The translations under genes were made by a program, and so were the position numbers. Below the pieces are notes generated by a model. It searched no databases. It worked only from the letters and a program-made list of their open reading frames with translations, and was not told where the DNA came from. From Octopus vulgaris (taxonomy: Eukaryota), in the NCBI GenBank assembly GCA_951406725.2, contig OX597818.1, positions 56,730,001 to 56,794,000 of the forward strand: a stretch of DNA of 64,000 bases. The letters are read 5' to 3'. Below are positions 1 to 13,880 of this stretch, piece after piece; position 1 is the first letter of the stretch; each line of letters opens with the position of its first letter.

Positions 1-199
1 GTATGTATGTGCGTGCCTGCTCACGCGCGCGCGTGCGCGTGCGTGTTTAGCAACTCGAGTGACAAAAGCATAGCGTAGAATGAAAAGGTAGGAGGCAGCA
101 ATTGCTGAGACAGGGAGAGAAAGAGAGAGAGAGAGAAAGAAAGAAAGAGGGAGAGAATGAGAGAGAGAGAGAGAGAGCGAGAGTATTAGAGAGAGAGAG

Positions 200-275
200 G
201 TGTGGTGACAGACGAAGGACTACATCAGTGGAAATTAACGATACACCACGGATATTTGTAGGATATTACATAGAG
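200..275 (+). other. Candidate exon ending at a consensus 5' splice site
   Basis: GAG|GTAAGT at 273-281 after unique sequence downstream of a (GA)n tract. The start of the exon cannot be defined. Confidence 0.35.
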
Positions 276-451
276 GTAAGTTGATTGTTAACTACTAAAT
301 TCTACTAAAGTTGACTTACGTAGTGCTTGTATGTATTGCTATATACTTCATTATAGTATACTTATACATACCTTTCTATATGGCTATGCCTGTCTAATTG
401 AATTCACCACTGCTATCTATCAATAAATCTAATCTACCTCTATCCCATCTA

Positions 452-643
<192 letters not shown>

Positions 644-1039
644 ATTCCACATTTACTGTATCTTTCTATGTATCACAAAGAATCAATATTCATCTATCGA
701 TAAATTACCATTTTCCTCAGTTCAAATCCCTAATATCGATAAACTCAATATGTGTGTGAGTCCAGTCGTTTCGCCTTTTTACTTTCGCCTTGCCGGTAGA
801 ATAACTCGCAAAGGTAAATCACACACACACACACACATACACACACACACACACACACGCATGCACACACAAAACACAAACGCACGCACATACATATATA
901 TGCACACATAAACACGCATATATTTAAGCAATTTTTATAAAAAATATTTTTAAATAAGGCCTCAATGTTTAAGGCATTTTACTGGCTTATTTTACAAACA
1001 CCTACTGCTAACCTTCAATATTTATTTAAGCTGTATGCC

Positions 1040-1075
<36 letters not shown>

Positions 1076-2153
1076 GTATATATATATGTATGTATATATG
1101 ATTTAAAATTGCACAAAAAACAATATACATCTGTGTGTGTGTCGCGATATTGGAAACTAATCTATGTGACGTATGTAGAATTTACACGAATGCTTGTGTG
1201 TATGTTATTATTTAGTTTGTCTCTAGGTCAGCTCTGGTGGAACATATACTCATGGTTAAATACGTTCCATTCTTCGCTATTCTTATTTATATTTAGGAAT
1301 TACATCGTCCAATTTGGTCGCTCCCTATTTAAGACTGTAGGGTTCGATTTTGAAAGGGTATTCGACTCTTATTTCTAGCAGGTCATGCGAGGTTGTCTCA
1401 CTGGCTCGGACTTTCTGAATGAACGTATGTTTATACGTTGCTTGTGAGCATGTGTTTGTGGGTTACGTGCATATTTAATTATGTTTGCAATTAAATATGC
1501 GTTTAAGCACGTCTGCATGTGCGCATGTTTACACACATATACACGCACGTATACACACACGCACATACACATTTATATATATACGTATTTATTTCGGTGA
1601 ATTGATACACAATACATGAATATCAACATACACACACACGTGTGTGTGTGTGTATGTCAATGTCGTTCACGCCTGTATATTTTTAATTTTAGCTGTTTCA
1701 GTCATTGGACTGCGGCCATGCTACTGCACCACCTGGAAGGGTTTCAGCTAAATAAATCGACTCTAGTAGTTGTTTGCTTTTAAACATGCTACTTTTCTCA
1801 TCGGTTTCTTTTTTTTTTGCCGAACCGTTAAGTTACTGGGACGTAAACAAACAGACACCGATTGTCAAGCAGTATACGGAAGTATGTATAAATGCATGTA
1901 TGTGTATACACACACACACACACATACACACGAACACAGTAAGACAAACAGACACAGACACACACACACACAGTTGTATGAAGACAAATTGGCAGATTCG
2001 TTAGAATGCCAGATAAGTTAGCTCAATTTTGCATTTCGTTCCTTCCAGAATCGATTATTAAAGGACCTGTTCTGGAGTGACCCTTCATGTTTTTTTCTGT
2101 CTTTCTCGCGCCCTCGCTTTCTCTTTGGAAAAAAGATCAGCTGTCGTCAACCC

Positions 2154-2235
<82 letters not shown>

Positions 2236-2532
2236 CTATCAGGTTGGAAATGACTAAGATATGTCACGAAAGCGCCCCTACGTATGTATATATATTCACA
2301 GAAAAACAGAAAACCTCGAGTGAATGAAGGTTGCTTGTACGTGGTTACGCACTACTAAAAGCTGAAATTTCTCAGATCATTCACCGTCTTAGAAAATAGG
2401 ACACTTTTGTTAAACTGCTTTCCTTTGGCATACAAAAACTTGGGTGACAGTCAAAGCTGAAACGTCTTTGTATATAGGTCTACTTGATCAGGAGGGTCCT
2501 GCCTGCGGTTTTAACCCTGCACGCACGCATAC

Positions 2533-2601
<69 letters not shown>

Positions 2602-2672
2602 GACCTTTCGAAAAGAAAAACTCTACATTGTAATTGTCCCCTCTGTGTCTAGCCCTGTGTGACCAATAAAGA

Positions 2673-2753
<81 letters not shown>

Positions 2754-3337
2754 GTCTATCTATCTATCTATCTGTGTGTGTGTGACATTTTTATGCGAGG
2801 CCATCTGTGAATGTGAACATGTGTGTAAGTTTTCATAGTAAATCTGGACAAATGACGTAATGCCTTGTCGTTCGGATTTCTTGAGCTATTTGTTTTATGT
2901 AAGTGTGTGTGTGTGTGTGTTTGTGTATACACGGGTTAATGTGTGTGTGTGTATGTATATATCAGTGAGAAAAACGGGTGATAAGTACAGCGGAGTACCA
3001 GATACCCTATTTCTGGGAGATGGGGTGGCTTTAGAGTCAAGCCTCTTGGGGCCATGTGTCTCCTAGTTTCGAAAATCCATTTTCGTCACTCGTGTCCATA
3101 GGCTTGGGAACAGGGGAGTGCAAGCGCAGCACCTAATATTTATTTGGCGGGGGCCAATGAATACGTTTTGAAGTCCTCCTGAAAAACTGGGTCTGCAACC
3201 CCTAAGCTAATTTCGTTCCGATGTGTATGTGTGTGTGTGTGTATACATGTATGTGTGTATGCATATATAAATATAATTTTGTATAACCATATATATATAT
3301 ATACATGTATGTGTGTATGCATATATAGATATAATTT

Positions 3338-3392
<55 letters not shown>

Positions 3393-3485
3393 GTATGCTT
3401 ATGAGTGTGTGTAATCTATGAACATGTGTGTATGTGTAAATTCTGGTGTGTATGTGTGTATGCATATATAGATATAAATTTTGTA

Positions 3486-3525
<40 letters not shown>

Positions 3526-3984
3526 TATGTATGCTTATGTGTGTGTGTGTGTAATCTATGAACATGTGTGTATGTGTAAATTCTGGTGTGTGTGTGTGTT
3601 TCTTTATAAATGCTTGTATGTATAAATATTTGTGCGGGTGTATACACCTAACGATATATGCGTATATATTATCATCCATTGTCTAAATTGCAAGTTTGTA
3701 TACAAGCGCACGCGCGTTTATTTTGCGTATATTATTAGCTGCAAGTCTGCCCAAATCTAGCAACCCTGTGACCAAAGACTTTCTAACCGTGACCACCCCA
3801 CGTTTTTTCTTCCGTATACAATATCCTTCAATGATTAAGACAATAGGGATGGGGGGGGAGGGTCTTTATTTTGAGAGAGATTTGATAAGTATTTCTAGCA
3901 AGCTGATCGACCACATATCGGCTTCCTTGTTGGCACTCGCGTATGTGCGCGGGCGCGCATGTTTATAAACGGTTCAGTATAATT

Positions 3985-4310
3985 CTTTCTTTCTCTTTCT
4001 CTCTCTCTCCTCTCTCTCTCTTTCTTTCTCTCCTCTCTCTCTCTTTCTTTCTTTCTCTCTTTCTTTCTCTCCTCTCTCCTCTCTCTCTTTCTTTCTCTCC
4101 TCTCTCTCTTTCTTTCTCTCCTCTCTCCCTCTCTTTCTCTCTCTCTCTTCTCTCTCTCTCTTTCTTTCTCTCCTCTCTCTCTCTCTTTCTTTCTCTCCTC
4201 TTTCTCTTTCTTTCTCTCCTCTCTCTCTCTTTCTTTCCCTCTTCTCTCCTCTTTCTCTCCTCTCTCTCTTTCTTTCTCTCCTCTCTCCTCTCTCTCTCTT
4301 TCTTTCTCTC
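3985..4310. repeat. ~330-bp CT/CTTT polypyrimidine low-complexity tract
   Basis: Almost purely C/T; ends just upstream of TAG at 4324-4326. Confidence 0.95.
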
Positions 4311-4326
4311 TGCATCCTGTATCTAG

Positions 4327-4386
4327 GGAGGGAGGGTCATTATGGCTTGCAGAAACGAAGCTCTCTCGGTCATTCAGTCGCTCTCT
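4327..4386 (+). CDS. Candidate 60-nt exon (GGRVIMACRNEALSVIQSLS, ATG at 4342)
   Basis: Long pyrimidine tract plus TAG acceptor, donor TCT|GTAAGC, unique sequence between microsatellites. Open in all three frames, so the frame is uncertain. Confidence 0.35.
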
Positions 4387-4499
4387 GTAAGCTTCCTGTC
4401 GATCGTCAAGAATCATAAAAGACATCTTTTGGATTCTGGTTTCCTTTTTTGTGTCACCAAAACATATATTTATTAAGGACACGCGCATGTCTAGTGTTA

Positions 4500-5032
<533 letters not shown>

Positions 5033-5103
5033 GAGGCAAATTGTTTTGGGGTCATTTGTTAGGAAAACTGCTTACATCCATCCACGCCTCGTCTTCTCAC
5101 ACA

Positions 5104-5680
5104 TCACCAACCGCCGTCATCGCGACGATCAACACCGCCATCTTCTCCTCCACCACCATACACTGTCACCGCCATCGCCACCACAGCCGCCGCCACCACC
5201 ACCACCATCACCATCACAATCACCACCACTGCCATCATCATCACCGCCTGTACCACCATCTTCGTTGTTACTACCGCCGCCACCACCACCATCACAACCA
5301 TTACCACCACCATCGCCTCACCACAACCACCACCGCTACCACCATCGTCATTATTAGTACCACCGCCACCATCATCATCACCACCACCCTCACCATCACA
5401 ACCAAACCACCACCACCTCCATTACCACTATCATCTCCAACACCACTATCATCTTCACAACCATCACCACCACCACCATCATCATTACAACCACTACCAC
5501 CACCTTCATCACCACTATCATCTTTACAACCACTACCACCACCATCATCATCATTACAACCACCACCGCCACCTTCATCACCACTATCATCTTTACAACC
5601 ACCACCACCACCACCACCACCGCCGCTGCTGCTGTTGCTACTACTACTACTACTACTCCTGGTGGTGTTGGTGGTGGTGC
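5104..5680. repeat. Degenerate (CAC/CAT/CTA)n trinucleotide tract
   Basis: Explains the poly-His/Pro/Thr/Val ORFs; contains ~36-39-bp sub-repeats at 5440-5600. Confidence 0.9.
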
Positions 5681-5709
5681 GGTGTAAGATCCCTGTCTGT
5701 CACATGTAG

Positions 5710-5747
5710 CGATTCGAAGAATCTATTAGAATTAACGATGTGGACAG
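5710..5747 (+). CDS. Candidate 38-nt exon (RFEESIRINDVD.. or ATG-initiated MWT..)
   Basis: Acceptor ctgtcacatgtAG, strong donor CAG|GTAAGA at 5745-5753. Confidence 0.33.
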
Positions 5748-5928
5748 GTAAGAGACGCATGTGTGTGTGTGTGTGTATTTGTGTGAATGTATTTGTGTGT
5801 GAATGTGCATGGCCTCGTTTGTTTTGCTTCTGTTCCGTTCAAGATGTTTCAAATCTGTCGGTTACGGTAGCAGGTGGGGGTTTATGCTTGCTCACTCACT
5901 CACCCTCTACCTATCCATCCATCCATCC

Positions 5929-6003
<75 letters not shown>

Positions 6004-6012
6004 CATCCATCC

Positions 6013-6080
<68 letters not shown>

Positions 6081-6081
6081 C

Positions 6082-6142
<61 letters not shown>

Positions 6143-6246
6143 ATATATATATATCTATATATATATATAATATCTATCTGTCTGTCTGTATGTATGTATC
6201 TGTAGGTATGTATGTACCTCTCTCTCTCTCTCTCTATCTGTATTCA

Positions 6247-6277
<31 letters not shown>

Positions 6278-6279
6278 CA

Positions 6280-6430
6280 TAAATTAATAAATAAAATATA
6301 TGCATATATACATACATATATGTACGTGCCTACCTCTACATATATATATATACATGCATATATGGGTACAGGACACCAAAAAAAAAAAACGTCGAACACG
6401 ATGAGAAACGAAACCATAAACACAAAACAT
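6280..6430. mobile_element. Short (TA)n-associated dispersed repeat (second, longer copy at 25402-25590)
   Basis: Near-identical aataaataaaa..cctacctctaca..gggtacaggacacc(A)n cgtcgaacac..aaacacaaaac at both loci, each adjacent to TA repeats. Confidence 0.8.
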
Positions 6431-6526
6431 ATATATATATATATATATATGTTTAAGTATGTATGTATGTGTGTGTATTGTAAGCATATACACGCATAGA
6501 TATGCATATAAATATGTCTCTCCCTT

Positions 6527-6568
<42 letters not shown>

Positions 6569-6870
6569 CACACACATATATATACATATACACACGCACA
6601 CACACATGTATATACACATAGTTGTGTGAATACACACGTATGTTCATACAACACACGCATGTCTACTTCCACACACACACACCACACTCACAACATACTC
6701 TCACGCTTAGCAGTTTACAATCTCCACGTCTTCATATTTCATATTTAAGCTGTTCGTTATATCAACGTGGTTTCACACTCACAACCTTCCACAACTGCTT
6801 CGAGAATGAAAGCATTGTAGTGTGTTTTCAATATGCATGTATTGTACGAAACATTATCATACATCCCCCC

Positions 6871-6951
<81 letters not shown>

Positions 6952-7091
6952 TAAGGACATGCGTATATATCGTACAGTGAAACGAGTGCCAATACACACC
7001 AAAAACACTTTTACGCAGACAATTTTGTGCGCACACAGCAGACCAAACATTGACGCGCGTGTATATGCGTAAGCGTGTGTATAATTAATAC

Positions 7092-7161
<70 letters not shown>

Positions 7162-7389
7162 CAATTGCTGAGTTCATTGGAGTTAACTTGTTTTATAATT
7201 TTAAGTTCCTTCCTTCAGGGGAAGGTTTTTACCTGCTAATTACATGGATAAGTTGATTCGAGCTTTCCAGGTCACGATATGAATTATGAACCCATACTAT
7301 ATAACACACACACACACACACACACACACAGGCCTATATATAGGCGTGGCTGTCTTGTAAGCACTTTTCTTCTCAACCACATGTTCCAT

Positions 7390-7592
7390 AACAGGCATAA
7401 AGTCTGAAATTTTGGTCGAGTGGGTAAGTCGATTACATCGACCCCAGTGCTCAACTGGTACTTGTTTTCTCGATTCCGAAAAGACAAAAGGTAAAGTTGA
7501 CCTCAGCAGAATTTGAACTCAGAACGTAGAGACGGAAGAAATCCCGCGAAGAATTTGGTCGGCGTGCTAACAATTCTGCCAGCTCGCCGCCT
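7390..7592 (-). mobile_element. tRNA-derived SINE family B (Nin/Deu-domain-like), diverged monomer
   Basis: Reverse complement of ggcggcgagctggcagaa..gagttcaaattc..ggggtcgatgtaatcgac. Confidence 0.85.
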
Positions 7593-7794
7593 AAAAATTT
7601 TGCAAATTAAAGAGATTCGTCTGTGGGTAGACTTGAACCATCAGCCTCTCAGTTAACTACCGAACAATATAACCGATTGCCCCACAGATAGGGTTCTAGA
7701 GCATTTCTATTAAAGACTGTATTGGATCGTTGGAATGCTCTTATTCATTGATGTTGACATACGCAGGTTTGATCTTTTTTCGGTGATTATTGGC

Positions 7795-8326
7795 CAGGTT
7801 CAACTCTCTTGTATCGTCCCTCTGAGGGCGATGGAAAGATCGAAGGGGCGCTGAAGAAAAAGGGGTGCGATAACGGGGTGGTTAGAAGTGGGTGATGGAT
7901 ATAAAAACAAGGTGAGTTAATTAATAAAAATAAATGCACCCTTTTAAAGCCTAGCCAGGCCCATGGGCCTGGTTTCCCGGTTTCAATGGCGTATGTGTTC
8001 CCCAGCTGGATGGGACGCCAGTCCATCGCAGCGTTACTCATTTTTGCCAGCTGAGTGGACTGGAGCAACGTGAAATGAGGTGTTTTGCTCAAGAACACAA
8101 CGCGTCGCCCAGCCCAGGAATCGAAACCATAATCTCACGATCACCCTAACCACTAAGCCACGCGCCTCCACTGATGAGTTAATTAGGTTAAGTAAAATAC
8201 AGATATTTTGAATTTGATGCAGAAAATGGTCAGTGTTTGTGGTGGTGAGTGAGTTCAGGATGAGGTGCTAGGAATGTGGCCTGGGTACCAAGGGGGCGGC
8301 GGCTCGAAAAAGTTTGGGAATCACTG
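7795..8326 (+). mobile_element. hAT/Charlie-type MITE interrupted by a SINE
   Basis: 7830-7912 and 8195-8326 match the two halves of the 8835-9243 copy; right end tttgggaatcactg. Confidence 0.65.
7924..8172 (-). mobile_element. tRNA-derived SINE family C (V-domain-like) with 11-bp TSD
   Basis: Head ggaggcgcgtggcttagtggttag, B-box gtttcgattcc, central gcgatggactggcgtcccatccag. TSD tgagttaatta at 7913-7923 and 8175-8185. Confidence 0.9.
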
Positions 8327-8479
8327 GGTTAATCCATTCTGTAAACTTGATTCACGTTTAAGCTTTCGACAAATATCGGGTTTATCGTTATTCGAACGCT
8401 TGCTTTTTTCTCGAGCTGCATTGCTTGACGTTAGATATAATCTCTGTGAGTGTTTTCAACCACCTAAAGATCGCTTCGC

Positions 8480-8684
8480 CGCTTCTCTTATTCGGGTTGC
8501 GGATCCGTGGAATAAGCTGCCGGACGAGATAGTGAAGATGCCGACGACCGCTCGGTTCAAAGTATCTCTTGACCAGAAATGGCCTGAACTCTTTGCATGA
8601 ACACCACCCTGTACATAACTCCATGTCCCCCTACATGGCCTTGCTATTTACTTTTTGAGCCAAAAAATTAACTTAACTTAACTT
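8480..8684 (+). mobile_element. 3' end of CR1-clade LINE (ORF2 C-terminus, 3'UTR, (TAACT)n tail)
   Basis: IRVADPWNKLPDEIVKMPTTARFKVSLD matches the RVVxxWNxLPxxVVxAxSxxxFKxxLD pattern typical of CR1 ORF2 ends; tandem taact tail. Confidence 0.85.
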
Positions 8685-8761
8685 GATGACAAATTAAGCC
8701 AAATTAAAGTTTCGTTGGTACTTTCGTGGTTGTCGATTTTTGAAGATAAAAATGGACATCC

Positions 8762-9320
8762 AACATGAATGTTGCGTTATTACTGGAACAGTACGATCGC
8801 GAATACAAGCGGCCGAAATGGAGTTCCTCCAAAGCAGTGGTTCTCAAAGTGGGCAGTACTGCTCTCTTGGAGACGATGGAAATATCCAGGAGGTGTTGAA
8901 GAAAAGTGGGATGATAATGGCGTGGCCAAAATGGGGCGATGGATGTAAAAACAAAATATAGGTTTGTAGCGTAGCTGATATCCTGATTATTTGAGAGATA
9001 TATTAGAAATGATCTCGTGTTAGGTAACAACTATCTTCGGCTATCTTGACCCTGTTGTGTCCACTGCCCTGATTGGTTGACAGTGGCGCAGTTTGTCTCT
9101 TGAAGTTTTATTATTTGTGAAATACAATTGTTTTGAATTTGCTGCAGAAAGTGGCTTATATTTGTGCTGGGGAGCGTGAGGGTCGCTAGGAATGTGGCCT
9201 GGGTGCCAAGGGGGCGGCAGCCTGAAAATGTTTGGGAACTACTAAAGGATCTCTGGAGTAACGTTACTCGACAGGGAGCGTAACTCGGAGCTCAGGAAGT
9301 CTTTACAGGTCGGGGTTGCT
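8762..9320 (+). mobile_element. RTE-clade (Rex3/Expander-like) LINE fragment split by a MITE
   Basis: HECCVITGTVRSRIQAAEMEFLQ (to 8834) continues as RISGVTLLDRERNSELRKSLQV from ~9246; resembles RTE 'RSRIQAAEMSFLRRVAG..DRVRSS'. Confidence 0.8.
8835..9243 (+). mobile_element. hAT/Charlie-type MITE
   Basis: Left TIR cagtggttctcaaa, right TIR tttgggaactact. Related ends at 8326 and 26935-27001. Confidence 0.8.
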
Positions 9321-9611
9321 TTAGGACGAAATGGTGAACCTCTCTAGTGATGTGTTCCCAATTTTCCATTTTTGAAACTTAAAGCTTATAAAACTGCAGA
9401 CCGTTCCCAGAAACAATCCATTTTGGGATTCCTCAAAATATAAAAAGGAATTGAAAGAACCCGATTAAGTTCCAATTTCTGGTCGAGTCCACGACTAATA
9501 TTTACGGTCAATTCGATGCTGCATCGATAATAAATGATCGGGATTTTCCTCTCAGTGACTGGTCTTTAAAATCTCTCTGTAGTTCTTCCCATGCGTGTGG
9601 CATTGTAGACA

Positions 9612-10004
9612 TTCTTTTTACTTGTTTCAGTCATTTGACTGCGGCCATGCTGGAGCACCGCCTTTAGTCGAGCAAATCGACCCCAGGAATTATTGTTTGT
9701 AAGCCTAGTACTTATTCTATCGGTGTCTTTTGCCGAACCGCTAAGTTACGGGCACGTAAACACAGCAGCATCGGTTGTCAAGCAATGTTGAGGAGGACAA
9801 ACACAGACACACAGATATATATATATACATGTACATATGTACGACGGGCTACTTTCAGTTTCCGTCTACCAAATCCACTCACAAGGCTTTGGTCGGCCCG
9901 AGGCTATAGTAGAAGACACTTACCCAAGGTGCCACGCAGTGGGACTGAACCCGGAACCATGTGGTTGGTAAGCAAGAGACTTACCACACAGCCACTCCTG
10001 CGCC
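9612..10004 (-). mobile_element. tRNA-derived SINE family A (CORE-like), full length
   Basis: Head ggcgcaggagtggctgtgtggtaag, B-box ggttcagtccc, CORE-like tgcgtggcaccttgggtaagtg, internal TA/TG microsatellite, 3' gcagtcaaatgactgaaacaagtaaaa. Confidence 0.92.
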
Positions 10005-10489
10005 TATTATTAAGGATTCCAACGGGTCAGAGCGGTCTAAATGTTACCCACATCAAGCAATTCCTAATTATTGACTCTATATCTTCGTCGATATTGGGTC
10101 ACCATCCTTTTACTTGTTAGAAGTTGCTCCCCACCCCATCCCAATATGACCCTCATGAGTAATGCTTAGAGCTTTGTTATGTTAGCAAAACGCAATAAAA
10201 ATTTGATTTTTTCTCATAGAACCAGAACCGATTTCTTCGTAGGTTCTTTCTTTATAAGCAAAATTCAATCAGTTGAAGTTTCCTATTTAACGCTCCGCAG
10301 GGCTTTTATTAGTTTGTGCTGCTCAGTTTTCCTTTGAATGTTTTAGCAAATTAGATGAGGCTTTAAGAAACACACTTACAATTACAAAATTGACATCTCG
10401 TTCACAGTAATTATCTTTTGCGACTTAATCTGTTGCTGGTATTATCTGATGTAGTAGTACATCTACTGGATTGCGGAAACCTTTTATAT

Positions 10490-11093
10490 ATTTCTTTATT
10501 GCCCACAAGGGGCTAAACATAGAGGGGACAAACAAGGACAGACAAACGGATTAAGTCAATTACATCCACCCCAGTGCGTAACTGGTACTTAATTTATCGA
10601 CCACGCGAGGATGAAAGGCAAAGTCAACCTCGGCGGAATTTGAACTCAGAACACGAAGACAGATGAAATACCTATTTCTTTATTACCCACAAGGGGCTAA
10701 ACACAGAGGAGACAAACAAGGACAGACATAGGTATTAAGTCGATTACATCGACCCCAGTGCGTAACAGGTACTTAATTTATCGACCCCGAAAGGATGAAA
10801 GGCAAAGTCGACCTCGGCGGAATTTGAACTCAGAACGTAACAACAGACGAAATACCTATTTCTATTTCTTTATTACCCACAAGGGGCTAAACATAGAGGG
10901 GACAAACAAGGACAGACAAAGGAATTAAGTCAATTACACCCACCCCAGTGCGTAACTGGTACTTAATTTATCGACCACGCGAGGATGAAAGGCAAAGTCA
11001 ACTTCGGCGGAATTTGAACTCAGAACGTAACCACAGACGAAATACCGCTAAGCATTTCGCCCGGCGCGCTAACGTGTCTGCCAGCTCGCCGCT
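10490..11093 (-). mobile_element. SINE family B: one head plus three tandem ~184-bp bodies
   Basis: Repeating gcctttcatcctttcggggtcgataaattaagtacc units; head at 11045-11093. Confidence 0.92.
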
Positions 11094-11375
11094 TTAATTG
11101 CGGAAACTTTTTATAAACTGCAGTTGGTTATTGTGAATCCCTTCCTAGGTATTCTTTATTAAGATTTTCTGTTTTTCCTGAAATAACGTTTTATTGTGAT
11201 TGATTGTCGTTCGTAGCGCTAATATCCCTTTGCCTATTCTGTGGATCACGTGATACACAAGACATGTTTCTCCGGCGTCCATGCATCATAAATGGTACCC
11301 ATTACCAATTTTTTTCAACCACCAGAGTAATTCGGGACTGATGAAAGGAAAGCTTTATTTTACTTAAGATGTTGG

Positions 11376-11518
11376 CAGGGCCAGCCCTAAGGTTGAACAT
11401 CAGCGTGTACAAGCTGACGGTTGTGGAAATTTCCCTGTTTTTGTCACGCGCTCCTTGGTGACCCTAGCACATGACGCCCCGGGCAACTGCTCGAGTTGCC
11501 GGTACCTCGAGCCGGCCC
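11376..11518. mobile_element. Short hAT-like MITE
   Basis: Imperfect TIRs cagggccagccct / gagccggccc. Single copy, no TSD seen. Confidence 0.4.
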
Positions 11519-11790
11519 GCTACGTTCTGAGTTCAAATTCCGCCGAGGTCGACTTAGTCTTTCATTCTTTCGGGGTCGATAAATTAAGTACAAGTTACGC
11601 ACTGGGGTCGATGTAATCGACTTAATACCTATGTCTGTCCTTGTTTGTCCCCTCTGTGTTTAGCCCCTTGTGGGTAATAAAGAAATAGGTATTTCGTCTG
11701 CCGATACGTTCTGAGTTCAAATTCCGCTGAGGTCGACTTTGCCTTTCATCCTTTCGGGGTCGATAAATCAAGTACCAGTCGAGCACTGGT
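11519..11790 (+). mobile_element. SINE family B head-less tandem fragment
   Basis: About 1.5 units with the aaagaaata|ggtatttcg junction. Confidence 0.9.
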
Positions 11791-12409
11791 GCGAAAATGT
11801 AAAACCAACATTACTCAGAACGTATGAAACAAGGGCGAATTAAAAGTCGGAAAACAAACATGGACGTTTAAGACATTTAGGAGAAATTTAAGAAAATCTT
11901 CTGGAAAGGCAAACTCGATCGATATATGCGAGAAATTTGTTCATATGCTTAGCTAGATTGCATTAAAACTTTCTCTTTTAGTTTGACAATACCGTTCTTT
12001 GATATTTGAATGTGTGTTCAGATGCGTAATAAATAACGTAATGCTCGCCATTGAAGTCATGTATCAATATGGCGTCCAATCGGACAGGACAAGCGTTACA
12101 CTTAAGATAAAGCCTTGTGTTAAGGAGTGATAATATTGTGCGTGATGTTTTGCAATGGTTTAACTCCTAAAATTTTCCTTCTTGTTTACTATGCGAACGA
12201 AATCTCTCCAGCTTTATTTTGTGCCAGTTTTCGTTTTATGTGTCTTAAACACTAAATATATTATGAGACACCCTAAAAAAACTTGAGTAATCCTCGAAAC
12301 CTAATTTTTAGAGTTGTTGAACGTTCAAAGGGAGACTGCACGAATCTTATTCTCCATCGGTTTATCTCCCTGATTCGAAACGATGAAACACACTGAAATA
12401 CAAATATTC

Positions 12410-12738
12410 TTATTTCTTTACTACCCATTAGGGGCTAAACACAGAGGTGACAAACAAGGACAGACAAAGGGATTAAGTCGATTATGCCGACCCCAGTGCA
12501 TAACTAGTACTTATTTAATCGACCCCGAAAGAATGAAAGGCAAAGTCGATCTCGGCGGAATTTGAACTCAGAACGTAGCGGCAGACGAAATACCTATTTC
12601 TTTACTACCCACAAGGGGCTAGACATAGAGGGGACAAACAAGGACAGACAAACGGAGTAAGTCGATTACATCGACCACCAGTGCGTAACTGGTACTTAAT
12701 TTATAAACCCCGGAAAAGGACGAAAGGCAAAGTCGACC
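12410..12738 (-). mobile_element. SINE family B tandem fragment
   Basis: About 1.8 units, reverse orientation. Confidence 0.9.
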
Positions 12739-12981
12739 TTCTCTTTTAGTTTGACAATACCATTCTTTGATATTTGAATGTGGTCCGGATGCATATTTTC
12801 TGGCCCCGAAGACGAAGGCCAGTCTGTGTGACTCGAAGATGTGCATTCTCCAGGAGAAATCCTCAACGGCAGCGAGGCCCCGCATAATGTTTTGTAGCGA
12901 TTTTGAGGATCGTATATGTGTGTTGTTTATGTTTACAAAACGAAGAGGAGAAGGAAGATGCGATAATATTAGTAAGTGTGA

Positions 12982-13207
12982 AGGCGGTGAGCTGGCAGAA
13001 ACGTTAGCACGCCGGGCGTAGCCGTATTTCGTCTGCCGTTACGTTCTGAGTTCAAATTCCGCCGAAGTCGACTTTGCCTTTCATCCTTTCGGGGTCGATA
13101 AATTAAGTACCAGTTACGCACTGGGGTCGATGTAATCGACTTAATCCGTTTGTTTGTCCTTGTTTGTCCCCTCTGTGTTTGTCCCCTTGTGGGCAGTGAA
13201 GAAATAG
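12982..13207 (+). mobile_element. SINE family B monomer
   Basis: Head plus body. Further monomers at 13889-14110 (+), 18335-18542 (-), 31658-31888 (-). Confidence 0.9.
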
Positions 13208-13237
13208 ATAATATTAGTAAGTGTAACAATTATGTCT

Positions 13238-13552
13238 TGTGGCTTACTGTTTAGGGTATTCGGTTCATGATCGTAAGGTCATGATTTCGATTCCCGGCGG
13301 CGCGTTGTGTCCTTGAGCAAGACACTTTATTTCATGTTGCTCTAGTCTGCTCAACTGACAACAACGAGTTTTACCTGTATTTCAAAAGGGCCAGCCTTGT
13401 CACGTTCACTATTACGAGGGAACTCCCTGAGAACTACGTTAAGTGTACACGTGTTTGTGGAGTACTCAGCCACTTGCAAGTTAATTTCACGAGCAGGCTG
13501 TTCCATTGATCGGATCAGTTGGAACCCACGCCATCAAAGCCGACGGAGAGCC
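13238..13552 (+). mobile_element. SINE family C variant with alternative 3' tail
   Basis: tRNA-like head gtggcttactgtttagggtattcggttcatgatcgtaagg..gtttcgattcc; tail tcaaaagggccagccttgtcac..gagaactacgttaag shared with 35200-35475 and 55876-56053. Confidence 0.8.
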
Positions 13553-13554
13553 AA

Positions 13555-13880
13555 GTCGAAAGAGACAAGATTGTTAAAAGATGCTTCCGAAGTCTCCCTT
13601 CATAGAATCAGTGTAGATTTGGTGAGATATGTCTAGGTTTGAACGTGGATGAAGACTGGTTGCAGAAGGTTAGGCAAGGATAACTGTTGTTCATTTGTGT
13701 TTGAGTGAGTGGTGAACGTTGCTGGAGGTGACGGCATGCAGGTTGTTGATGTCTAAGGAGAAGGTTGCAGGGATCAAAAAAGAACTTTGGAGTACACCAG
13801 GGTTGAGTTCAGCTACAGCTGAGCTCGACTCTGGCTGTCTTTATTCCAATTATAAGAACATTAAAGTGACACAGATGCTG
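13555..13880 (-). pseudogene. Decayed CR1-clade reverse transcriptase fragment (motif B region)
   Basis: Minus strand gives NPGVLQSSFLIPATFSLDINNL (cf. NSGVPQGSVLSPTLFLLFINDL) and, further on, NLVSFD. Confidence 0.65.

Noticed and set aside
3381-3600. ~130-bp direct duplication
   Set aside because: Lies within TA/TG microsatellite; ordinary slippage or unequal exchange.
4327-4386. GGRVIMACRN resembles the short-chain dehydrogenase (RDH11-14 type) GARVIMACR motif
   Set aside because: Following residues do not fit, and no TGxxxGxG, LDL, NNAG or YxxxK exons were seen; not called as an SDR.
7161-7297. TA-flanked insert with CTGAAGG on the minus strand
   Set aside because: No stem II/GAAA/UH geometry, so not counted as a hammerhead.
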